A DNA stretch of 64,000 bases. It comes from Sedimenticola sp. Its GTDB lineage: Bacteria > Pseudomonadota > Gammaproteobacteria > Chromatiales > Chromatiaceae. This document shows positions 36,151 through 47,158 of the stretch, one piece after another. Position numbers and translations under genes: made by a program. The notes under the pieces were generated by a model. That model made no database searches and was not told the origin of the DNA. It saw nothing but the letters and a program-made list of their open reading frames with translations. The stretch is taken from contig JALSQZ010000008.1 of NCBI GenBank assembly GCA_026985055.1, forward strand, positions 21,412 to 85,411, read 5' to 3'. Position 1 is the stretch's first letter. Each line of letters begins with the position of its first letter.

Positions 36151-36585
36151 TTACTCTTCTGAAGATCTGCCCAGGCGTTTGAAAGCTGCGCGCAGATCCG
36201 GATCTTCCATGTCGTCGGCCAGATCCCGGATCAGCCTTGCGGTTTGCCGGGACAAGGAACTTCCCGATGTTTTGGCAGGTCTGAGCTGCTGTTGGACGAT
36301 GATACGGATATCGACCTTTTTCAGATTTGGCGCCAGTGACTTTATCTCACTGAGCATGCGCGGGGCATGAAAACGCAGGCTGGTACTCCAGGCGGGTGAG
36401 TCCGTATGCAGAATCAACCGGTCTGCCTTGATCCGGGCATGCAGACAATGTTCATCCAGAGGCGCAGGCAGGATTTTTCTGACCTGTTCCAGTAACGCCT
36501 GCTGTTTTTTCAGCATGCGCAGGAGATGGCTCAGTTGCGTGCTGTCTTCCAGTACGCTGCCCACCTTGTGTGGTTTGTCGATCAT
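36151..36585 (-). CDS. dciA: DciA/DUF721 family protein
   Basis: L.HC......L.L.TDSPAWSTSLRF motif; typical position on the opposite strand between lpxC and M23/secA. Confidence 0.75.
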   Translation of the reverse strand: MIDKPHKVGSVLEDSTQLSHLLRMLKKQQALLEQVRKILPAPLDEHCLHARIKADRLILHTDSPAWSTSLRFHAPRMLSEIKSLAPNLKKVDIRIIVQQQLRPAKTSGSSLSRQTARLIRDLADDMEDPDLRAAFKRLGRSSEE

Positions 36586-36599
36586 GGGTTGATTATACG

Positions 36600-37502
36600 A
36601 TGTCCGAGAGTGATGGAAACAACAATACCCCGCCTGTTTCTTTCTGGTCAGTCAGAAACGGGTTGGTATTGGTTGTGCTGGTGGGACTGGCCCTGTTTTC
36701 CGCTTACCAGTATGGACGCACGGAAGGGAAGCAGATCGCGGCAGACAAGAATCTTCAGCTTGCCATGGACGTCATGGCGAAAGAGAAACAAGAGCTGTCT
36801 TCCTTGCGCGAAAACATGGAGGCGGAACTGGATGCCCTGGCCCTGCGTATCGGCAGTCTGCGGGCCAATCTGTTGCGTCTCAATGCCCTGGGCGAACGCC
36901 TGGTGAAAGTCGGTGAGCTGGACGAGCAGGAATTCGATTTTTCCTCGGAACCCCCTCAGGGTGGCGTGGATCAGGATACACAGGAGCCTGTGGTCATGTC
37001 CGAGCTGCAAACTGAACTGGCTCGCCTTGCTGCGGCGTTCCGCGACCGGGAGCACAAACTCCTGTTGCTCGAAGACATGCTTTCCCGGCGTGAGGTGAGG
37101 AAGCAGGTCATTCCCTCCGGCCGGCCTTTGAAAAAAGGCTATGTGAGTTCCGGTTATGGGCGCCGTACCGATCCTTTCACCGGCAAGAAAAAATACCACA
37201 AAGGTATGGATTTTGCTGGCAAGCGTGGCAGCGAAGTATTGGCAGTAGCGGCTGGTGTGGTAACCGAAGCCGGCCCTGTGAGCGGTTACGGAAATCTGGT
37301 GGAGATCCGCCATGCGGATGGCTATGTGACCCGTTACGCCCACAATCAGGAAAACCTGGTAAAAGTGGGTGACCGGGTAGAAAAGGGTGAACCCATCGCC
37401 ATGCTGGGTTCCACTGGCCGTTCCAGCGGGCCTCATGTGCACTTTGAAGTGAGAAAGGACGGCAAGATCGTCAATCCCTTGCGTTTCATCAAGGGTGGCT
37501 GA
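36600..37502 (+). CDS. M23 family metallopeptidase
   Basis: N-terminal TM and coiled coil; SSGYGRRTDPF, HKGMD (HxxxD), YAH and STGRSSGPHVHFEV (HxH) motifs. Start uncertain. Confidence 0.9.
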   Translation: MSESDGNNNTPPVSFWSVRNGLVLVVLVGLALFSAYQYGRTEGKQIAADKNLQLAMDVMAKEKQELSSLRENMEAELDALALRIGSLRANLLRLNALGERLVKVGELDEQEFDFSSEPPQGGVDQDTQEPVVMSELQTELARLAAAFRDREHKLLLLEDMLSRREVRKQVIPSGRPLKKGYVSSGYGRRTDPFTGKKKYHKGMDFAGKRGSEVLAVAAGVVTEAGPVSGYGNLVEIRHADGYVTRYAHNQENLVKVGDRVEKGEPIAMLGSTGRSSGPHVHFEVRKDGKIVNPLRFIKGG

Positions 37503-37558
37503 GACTTCTTTGACAGTGTGTTTTCGTGCGCCGGTCCTGATCCCTTGAGGGATATACA

Positions 37559-37576
37559 TATTAACCCGGCATCAAT
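37559..37576 (+). repeat. Solo end of repeat family C
   Basis: TA + TTAACCCGGCATCAAT, identical to the start of the family C TIR at 44119-44136; no partner end found nearby. Confidence 0.6.
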
Positions 37577-37704
37577 TCCTTGTTGTTACGGTAAAAACCT
37601 CGTATTTGCGGTATCATTCCCGTTTTGTTTTCAACTGAAAAAGGCTGCGGTATTGTGCTGTTCGCCGCTGTCCGTATATCTGGTTCTGGAAGGTTCCAAA
37701 CTTC

Positions 37705-40503
<2,799 letters not shown>

Positions 40504-40511
40504 GAGGGGGC

Positions 40512-41708
40512 ATGGCTGATATTGCCCCGGTTTCCGGCGTTCGCCTGGCGGCAGCCGCAGCGGGCATTCGCTATCAGGATCGTGATGATCTGGTACTCAT
40601 GGAGCTGGCGGAAGGCAGTTCGGTGGCCGCGGTATTCACCCGGAATGCATTTTGTGCGGCGCCGGTGCTGGTGGCTCGTAAGCATCTGCAAAAGATTGCG
40701 CCACGCTATCTCCTGATCAACGCCGGCAATGCCAATGCCGGTACCGGCGAAGCTGGTCTCGGTGCCAGCTTCGAAACCTGTCGTTTGCTGGCCGCTGCCA
40801 CGGGCGTGGCCATGAACCAGATACTGCCATTTTCTACCGGTGTGATCGGTGAAGATCTGCCTACCGAACCTTTTGCCCGGGCCATTCCGGGTCTGTTGAC
40901 GAACCTGGACGAGGATAACTGGCCAGCGGCGGCCAGAGCCATTATGACCACGGATACGGTACCCAAGCTGGCTTGTCGCCAGTTTGAGGTGGATGGCATG
41001 ATGGTGACCGTCACCGGCATGTGCAAGGGATCGGGAATGATTCGCCCGGACATGGCAACCATGCTCGCCTATGTAGCCAGTGATGCCCGTTGCGAGGGTG
41101 AAACGCTGCAGCAGATTCTTCAGCAAGCGGTGGAACCTTCCTTCAATTCCATTACCGTGGATGGCGATACTTCCACCAATGATGCCTGTGTTCTGCTTGC
41201 CAGTGGCGCTACCGGCGTGGACGTGAGCGATGCCCGAACCGAGGCCGGGCGTTTGTTCCGGCAGGCAGTGGATGATGTCTGCATGGACCTGGCCCGCGCC
41301 ATTATTGCCGATGCGGAAGGCGCCACCAAGCTGGTGGAGATTCTGGTGGAAGAAGCCGAGACCCGGTCACAGGCGAGAAAGGTGGCGTACACCGTGGCCC
41401 ATTCTCCCCTGGTAAAAACCGCATTGTTTGCCTCCGATCCCAACTGGGGACGAATTCTGGCGGCCGTGGGGCGCGCCGGAGTGGAAGAACTGGATATCAG
41501 CAAGGTGCGTATCTGGCTGGACGATCTGTGCATTGTCAGCCAGGGTGGACGCGATGCGGCCTATACCGAAGCCAGGGGACAAGAGGTGATGGAGCAAGAT
41601 GCCTTTGTTATCCGTATTGCCCTTGGCAAGGGAGCAGAGTCTGCATCGGTTCTGACCTGTGATCTGTCCTTCGACTATGTGAAGATCAACGCGGAATACC
41701 GTACCTGA
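40512..41708 (+). CDS. argJ: Glutamate N-acetyltransferase / ornithine acetyltransferase
   Basis: AIMTTDT, KGSGMIRPDMATML (autocleavage Thr), DGDTSTND, DPNWGRI and INAEYRT motifs. Confidence 0.96.
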   Translation: MADIAPVSGVRLAAAAAGIRYQDRDDLVLMELAEGSSVAAVFTRNAFCAAPVLVARKHLQKIAPRYLLINAGNANAGTGEAGLGASFETCRLLAAATGVAMNQILPFSTGVIGEDLPTEPFARAIPGLLTNLDEDNWPAAARAIMTTDTVPKLACRQFEVDGMMVTVTGMCKGSGMIRPDMATMLAYVASDARCEGETLQQILQQAVEPSFNSITVDGDTSTNDACVLLASGATGVDVSDARTEAGRLFRQAVDDVCMDLARAIIADAEGATKLVEILVEEAETRSQARKVAYTVAHSPLVKTALFASDPNWGRILAAVGRAGVEELDISKVRIWLDDLCIVSQGGRDAAYTEARGQEVMEQDAFVIRIALGKGAESASVLTCDLSFDYVKINAEYRT

Positions 41709-41709
41709 G

Positions 41710-42663
41710 ATGCAGTTTGTTCACGTGGCGGCTGGTGTGTTGCGGCGCGCAGATGGAAAAGTACTGGTAGCCCGGCGTGATCACAATGCACATCAGGGAG
41801 GACTTTGGGAGTTTCCTGGGGGCAAGCTGGAAACCGATGAATCCGTTCCTGATGCTCTGTCCAGGGAGCTGAAAGAGGAGCTGGGCATTCAGGTTCTGGA
41901 AGCGCGTCCCCTGATTTCCGTAGCTCATGTCTATACGGATCGCAAGGTGTTGCTGGATACCTGGCTGGTCAGCCGTTGGCAGGGGCAGGCGCAAGGGAGG
42001 GAAGGTCAGCCATTGTCCTGGCTCGATCCGCGGGAACTCGATGATCTGCCCATGCCGCCAGCGGACATCCCCATCGTCAAGGCAATCCGCTTGCCTGATG
42101 TCTATCTCATTACGCCACCTGCGGTGACTCATGCCGACCGCTTCCTTGAAGAACTGGAGACGGCTTTGATGGATGGGGTCTCATTGTTGCAATTTCGTGT
42201 TTTCGGCTTGCCGGAAGACCTGTTGGAGAACCTGGCCCGGGCCGCGCGCGATTTGTGTGAAAAACATGGAGCGCGAATGCTTCTCAATGGCCCCCTGGAA
42301 CGGGTGCGGAAAGTAGCTGCCCATGGCTGGCATCTGGACCGCCGCCAACTGGGGAATCTTGTCACGGCCAGGGATTATCCGGAATTGCTCATGGGGGCGT
42401 CCTGCCATGATGCGCAAGAGCTGGCCATGGCGGGTGAAAAAGGCCTGGATTTTGCGCTGCTGTCACCGGTGCTGCCCACCGCCAGTCATCCGGATGCGGA
42501 GCTGTTGGGCTGGGAGCGTTTTTCGGATCTGGTGTCCGGTCTGCCTTTGCCCGTGTATGCCCTGGGTGGCATGAACAGAGCCATGCTGGAGCAAAGCTGG
42601 CAGGCTGGTGCTCAAGGTATTGCCGGTATCCGGGGGCTTTGGCCGGGTGTTATTCCTGAGTGA
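41710..42663 (+). CDS. Nudix (MutT) hydrolase fused to a thiamine-phosphate-synthase-like domain
   Basis: Nudix box [24 protein letters not shown]-terminal TMP-TenI domain ([20 protein letters not shown]). Confidence 0.9.
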   Translation: MQFVHVAAGVLRRADGKVLVARRDHNAHQGGLWEFPGGKLETDESVPDALSRELKEELGIQVLEARPLISVAHVYTDRKVLLDTWLVSRWQGQAQGREGQPLSWLDPRELDDLPMPPADIPIVKAIRLPDVYLITPPAVTHADRFLEELETALMDGVSLLQFRVFGLPEDLLENLARAARDLCEKHGARMLLNGPLERVRKVAAHGWHLDRRQLGNLVTARDYPELLMGASCHDAQELAMAGEKGLDFALLSPVLPTASHPDAELLGWERFSDLVSGLPLPVYALGGMNRAMLEQSWQAGAQGIAGIRGLWPGVIPE

Positions 42664-42832
42664 TTTCACACTCATCTTCGACATCCGTAAGCCATTCATC
42701 CAGATCAATAAGCTGGCATCGCTTGCTGCAAAAGGGGCGCCAGGGCGATTGCTCGTCCCAGGTTACCGGGGCCGCACAGGTAGGACAGATAACGGTCACC
42801 AGGGAATTGCTTGAGGCTTGTTTCATGTTCAT
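42650..42832 (-). CDS. yacG: DNA gyrase inhibitor YacG
   Basis: CPTC...[14 protein letters not shown] zinc motif; downstream of zapD. Confidence 0.88.
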   Translation of the reverse strand: MNMKQASSNSLVTVICPTCAAPVTWDEQSPWRPFCSKRCQLIDLDEWLTDVEDECEITQE

Positions 42833-43605
42833 ATGGCGCAGGTCTTGAGTTTGAAAGCCACTTCCTGGCTGGTCTGTTCCGGCTGTTCCCAGTCCCTGCT
42901 TTCCATGAAGCGAATGCAGAACCGGTGTTTGTTGCCGCTGATTTCGGCGTAGAGAACGGATTCAGCCGGCAGCATTACCTGAATCAGATCCACACGGCGG
43001 TTCTTGTCCAGGCTTTGTTGGAAAAAACCGTCGCGGGTTGAACGGGAGCGGAATACATTGCTGTTGCGCAGAATGCCCAGTAACAGATCCGTGCTTTCCT
43101 GAACCACGCTGATTTCATGTCGCCAGGCGTCGAGTTGCATGACCCGTTCCGTGTGGGGGAGATTGAGCCAGTGATGCAGCTGTGGCAGGTCAAACTCGAA
43201 GCTGCCTCCAGGAATGACGGAACGCTGCAGGATACTTTTGAGAAATTCGTTGCCGCGCAGACTGCTCCCCAGCTGACTGCTGGTGTTGAACAGGCGTTCG
43301 CTCATGTGCGTGATGTCTTCCAGCACCTGCTGCAGACGCAGTTGATCCACGCCTGGATTGTCACCAATGCGTTCCAGGGAGGTTTTCTGCTGTTCCAGTT
43401 GTTTGATCAGTTCCTGCTTGATATCCGCCCGGCCGAGTATGCTGGTGATATCCAGCAGCGCCTGTATGGCGACCCGGCTCTGCCAGGGGCTGGAAGCGGG
43501 AAGGTGGTACTCGAATTGTTCGAACAGATGAGAAATTCGCAGCAAGGTGCGAGTCCGTTCGTTCAAGGGGTGTTCAAACAAAAGGGAGTTATGCAAGTCA
43601 GGCAT
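42829..43605 (-). CDS. zapD: Cell division protein ZapD
   Basis: [35 protein letters not shown] and [12 protein letters not shown] motifs. Confidence 0.93.
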   Translation of the reverse strand: MPDLHNSLLFEHPLNERTRTLLRISHLFEQFEYHLPASSPWQSRVAIQALLDITSILGRADIKQELIKQLEQQKTSLERIGDNPGVDQLRLQQVLEDITHMSERLFNTSSQLGSSLRGNEFLKSILQRSVIPGGSFEFDLPQLHHWLNLPHTERVMQLDAWRHEISVVQESTDLLLGILRNSNVFRSRSTRDGFFQQSLDKNRRVDLIQVMLPAESVLYAEISGNKHRFCIRFMESRDWEQPEQTSQEVAFKLKTCAI

Positions 43606-43632
43606 CCGGCCAGGGGCAATGTTGTGGCGATT

Positions 43633-43783
43633 GGGTATCCCGAAAAATTCCTTCCATGGAATTTTTCTCGTCGTAAAGAGAAAGTGCGATTTCCTCTTTA
43701 CTCACATTTTCAATTACTTGTGGTGATCGAAAATGGTGGGACTTCCTTGTCCCACTCGGGCATCCCGATTTTTCGAGCTGCCC
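43633..43783 (-). mobile_element. MITE-like repeat family A, copy 2 (151 bp)
   Basis: Reverse-complement homologue of 6915-7065; ends GGGTATCCCGAAAAAT / ATTTTTCGAGCTGCCC; flanks GATT/TATT. Confidence 0.8.
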
Positions 43784-43838
43784 TATTGTCTATCAGATGC
43801 CACCAGGGTTCAAACGGGAATAGTCATTGAGACAGTTA

Positions 43839-44118
43839 TTAACTCGGCAGCAATCTATATCGCGTTCAGCCCGCTTGCCCTTGTTCGCGGCAAGGCATCA
43901 GCCTGCCGTTGTAGTGATTCTACAACAAAGGCTGATAACGCTGTCCGCGGGCAAGGGCAAGCGGGCCTGTCCTTATAGATCAATCGGTTAGGGGTTTCAA
44001 GAAAAGGCCAGCTCCGCGTTCCGGCTCTTGCCAAGGGAACAACCCTTGCCTGCGAGCCGCGCCTTGATCTGACCTTTTCTTGAAGCCCTGAACACGACAT
44101 AGATTGATGCCGGGTTAA
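43839..44118 (-). mobile_element. TA-flanked MITE-like element family C, copy 1 (280 bp)
   Basis: 20-bp TIRs TTAACTCGGCAGCAATCTAT / ATAGATTGATGCCGGGTTAA with TA on both sides; internal hairpins at 43869-43966 and 43992-44088. Confidence 0.78.
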
Positions 44119-44120
44119 TA

Positions 44121-44402
44121 TTAACCCGGCATCAATCTATGCCATCCTCAGGACGTCAGACAAAAGTCAGAACGCGGCGCGCTTCGCAGGCAATGGTGAT
44201 TCCATTGGCAAGAAGCGCAACAAAGTGCTGGCTTTTGTCTGACGTCCCGATCTTTTTTCAATTCAATGGGTTCGGCCACCACGAGCACCCCCGTGGACGT
44301 CGTTGCCGCACCTCGACAGGGGATCACCCTGCCTTCGGCGCGGCGCCTCGCCACGGGTGCGCTCGTGGTGGCTGAGGGTGACATAGATTGGTGCCGGGTT
44401 AA
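44121..44402 (+). mobile_element. TA-flanked MITE-like element family C, copy 2 (282 bp)
   Basis: TIRs TTAACCCGGCATCAATCTAT / ATAGATTGGTGCCGGGTTAA with TA on both sides; internal hairpins at 44151-44247 and 44275-44372; abuts the coaE stop codon. Confidence 0.78.
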
Positions 44403-44404
44403 TA

Positions 44405-45019
44405 TCAATGGCTGCCGGTTCCATCCGAAACAAGGGAAAGATAGTATTTGTGCAGCATTTCCACCTGGGCAAGCAGGGCGTTCATGTCCTTGCTGTTGTC
44501 GATGAGGTCATCTGCCGAAGCCAGTCTTGTTTTCCGGGATGCCTGTGCGGCAAGAATCTGCCTGGCCTGCTTTTCCGATATCTGGTCCCTCAGGCATACC
44601 CGCTGAATCTGAAGCGCTTGTGGAACATCCACCAGCAGCACCCGATCAACCATGCCCTGCATGTCATTTTCCACCAGCAAGGGGATGACTACGAGGACAT
44701 AGGGGGCGTTGTGCAGCTGATCCAGGCGACGCCCGACTTCCTCGCGGATCGCCGGGTGAAGGATGTTTTCCAGGGTGTTTCTGGCTTCAGGAGAAGAAAA
44801 GATGTGCTGCCGCAATTTCTGCCGGTTCAGCCTGCCGTCATGGCGGATGAATTCGGCGCCAAGCCGGTTTTTGATTTGCTTGAGAGCGGGCTGGCCTGGT
44901 TCCACCAGTTCTCTGCTGATAAGGTCGGTGTCGATAACTGGTATTCCAAGACGGGAAAAGTGATCACTGACAGCGGTCTTGCCGCTGGCTATGCCGCCGG
45001 TAAGGCCAATCTTGAGCAT
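44405..45019 (-). CDS. coaE: Dephospho-CoA kinase
   Basis: IGLTGGIASGKT, IDTD, LNRQKLR, ILHPAI and IPLLVE motifs. Confidence 0.96.
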   Translation of the reverse strand: MLKIGLTGGIASGKTAVSDHFSRLGIPVIDTDLISRELVEPGQPALKQIKNRLGAEFIRHDGRLNRQKLRQHIFSSPEARNTLENILHPAIREEVGRRLDQLHNAPYVLVVIPLLVENDMQGMVDRVLLVDVPQALQIQRVCLRDQISEKQARQILAAQASRKTRLASADDLIDNSKDMNALLAQVEMLHKYYLSLVSDGTGSH

Positions 45020-45030
45020 GGGTGGCCTGT

Positions 45031-45909
45031 CTATTGCAGCCCGGCGAACTGCAGGTAGCTGCGGTTGATGTCTTCACCCCAGATCATGGCGATCCAGCCG
45101 GCGGCCGCGAGATAAGGGCCGAAAGGTATGGGGATGCTCTTGTCTCTTCCCAGCGCCAGGATCATGCCCAGTCCGCTGATGGCGCCAACCACGGCAGAGA
45201 TGAGCAGAATCTGTGGCAGGAACTGCCATCCCAGCCAGGCACCAAAGAGTGCAAAAAGCTTGAAGTCGCCATAGCCCATGCCTTCCTTTCCCGTGGCCAG
45301 CAGAAACAGATGGAACAGCAGCCACAGGGACAGGTAGCCGGCGACGGCGCCATAAATGGCTGATTGGATGTCAGCAAACATGCCCTGCAGATTCAGCAGC
45401 AGCCCCAGCCAGATGAGAGGAAGTATGAGTATGTCAGGAAGAATCTGCAGGCGAATATCGATGACGCTCATGGCGAGCAGCGCCCAGGTCAGAAGCAGTG
45501 CCGCCAGCGCCTGCCAGGTAAAGCCGAAATGCCAGACCACTACCAGAGAAAGAATGGCGCTCAGAAGCTCCACCAGCGGATATTGAACCGACAGAGATGT
45601 GCCGCAGGATGAGCACCTGCCCTTTTGCCGCAGCCAGCTGATGAGCGGAATATTCTCCCAGGCGCGGATCCGGTGTCCACAGGACATACAACTGGAGGGC
45701 GGATACATGAGATAGGCGAGGCCAAACCAGCGATTGGGGCGGTATTCCACTTCCTTTCCTGCCAGTTCCGCGCAGGCATCCTTCAGTTCCTGCTCCATCC
45801 GTTGGGGAAGCCGAAATATGATTACATTCAGGAAGCTGCCCACCAGCAGTCCAAGAACAAAGCCCAATGGATAGAGAATTGCCGGCTGGGCAAAAACTTC
45901 TTCCATCAA
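45031..45909 (-). CDS. pilD: Prepilin peptidase / N-methyltransferase PilD
   Basis: GSFLNVII.RLP, S.CMSC, CSSC, catalytic Asp in VID..LQILPD and EGMGYGDFKL. Confidence 0.96.
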   Translation of the reverse strand: MMEEVFAQPAILYPLGFVLGLLVGSFLNVIIFRLPQRMEQELKDACAELAGKEVEYRPNRWFGLAYLMYPPSSCMSCGHRIRAWENIPLISWLRQKGRCSSCGTSLSVQYPLVELLSAILSLVVVWHFGFTWQALAALLLTWALLAMSVIDIRLQILPDILILPLIWLGLLLNLQGMFADIQSAIYGAVAGYLSLWLLFHLFLLATGKEGMGYGDFKLFALFGAWLGWQFLPQILLISAVVGAISGLGMILALGRDKSIPIPFGPYLAAAGWIAMIWGEDINRSYLQFAGLQ

Positions 45910-47153
45910 ACGGCGGCGCCCAGTTTGAAGATTGGCAGATACATGGCGACCACCAGTCCACCGACCAGGGTGCCAAGAACAACCATTATCAGCGGTTCCA
46001 TGAGGCTGCTTAGCGAGTCAACCGCATTGTCCACTTCTTCTTCATAGAAATCCGCTACCTTGGCCAGCATTTCGTCCAGTGAGCCGGATTCCTCACCGAT
46101 GGCAACCATTTGCTTGACCATATGCGGGAACAGGCGTTGCTGTTCCATGGCCAGGCGAAGGGACTGACCGGTGGCGATGTCCTCGCGCATTTCCTTGACA
46201 GCGTTGCCATATACCACGCTGCCGGTTGCGCCGGCTACAGACTCCAGAGCTTCGACCATGGGGACGCCGGCGGCAAACATGGTGGATGTGGTGCGGGCAA
46301 ATCTCGCCAGGGCCGACTTGTGCATGATGGAACCGAATACCGGAGATTTCAGCATGGCTCTGTCGATAAATTCACGAAACTTCGGTGAACGCTTCCAGAT
46401 ATTGGAGACGATGATGATAACCGCAGCCAAAGCCAGAATGATGAATACCCAGTTGTCCCGTATGAAGCGGGACATGCCTACCACCATTTGCGTGAAAGCA
46501 GGCAGTTCTGCGCCAAAACTCTGGAACAGCTCCTCGAACACAGGGACCACGAAAATCAGGATAATGGCGGTGACCAGTATACCCACACTAAGAACGGCGG
46601 CAGGATAGATCAGTGCTTTCTTGATTTTCTTCTTGATGGATTCGGTCTTTTCCTTGTAGGTGGCGATCCTGTCCAGGAGGGTTTCCAGTACACCGGCCTG
46701 TTCACCGGCTTCCACCAGGTTGCAGAACAGATCATCAAAATACAAGGGGTGCTTGCGCAGGGCATTGGTCAGGGACGTGCCGCCTTCGATATCGGCCTTG
46801 ATGGCCAGTATCATTTCCTGCATGGAAGGATTGTTATGCCCCTTTCCCACGATATCCAGCGCTTGCACCAGGGGTACGCCGGCTTTCATCATTGTGGCCA
46901 GCTGGCGGGAGAAAACAGCGATGTCTCCGGTAGTGATTTTTGGTTTGCCGAGCGTTATGTTGATCTGTTTCTGAACCTTGAGAGGAGTAACTCCCTGACG
47001 GCGCAGATCGGCGCGAACAATGGCATCGTTGGCGGCCCGGGCCTTTCCCTTGATCTTCTTGCCTCTTCTGTCCGTACCGGTCCAGGCGTAATCGTAGGTT
47101 TTTTCCGCCTTTGGTTTTTTCGTGGCTTTTTTTGCCGCAGTTCTTGTCGCCAT
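45906..47153 (-). CDS. pilC: Type IV pilus inner-membrane platform protein PilC
   Basis: FSRQLATMMKAGVPL, AGEQAGVLE, KKALIYP, AIGEESGSLDEML and AMYLPIF motifs. Confidence 0.96.
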   Translation of the reverse strand: MATRTAAKKATKKPKAEKTYDYAWTGTDRRGKKIKGKARAANDAIVRADLRRQGVTPLKVQKQINITLGKPKITTGDIAVFSRQLATMMKAGVPLVQALDIVGKGHNNPSMQEMILAIKADIEGGTSLTNALRKHPLYFDDLFCNLVEAGEQAGVLETLLDRIATYKEKTESIKKKIKKALIYPAAVLSVGILVTAIILIFVVPVFEELFQSFGAELPAFTQMVVGMSRFIRDNWVFIILALAAVIIIVSNIWKRSPKFREFIDRAMLKSPVFGSIMHKSALARFARTTSTMFAAGVPMVEALESVAGATGSVVYGNAVKEMREDIATGQSLRLAMEQQRLFPHMVKQMVAIGEESGSLDEMLAKVADFYEEEVDNAVDSLSSLMEPLIMVVLGTLVGGLVVAMYLPIFKLGAAV

Positions 47154-47158
47154 GGATT

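Noticed and set aside
43855-44375. Two similar small ORFs (43855-44100 minus, MSCSGLQEKVRSRRGSQ...; 44139-44375 plus, MPSSGRQTKVRTRRASQ...) that look like paralogous peptides
   Set aside because: Their similarity comes from the inverted family C elements. Substitutions follow base pairing rather than codons, and no RBS is evident.
43839-44402. Integron attC cassette array interpretation of the long hairpins
   Set aside because: No RYYYAAC/GTTRRRY boxes at the hairpin bases, no intervening cassette ORFs and no integrase.
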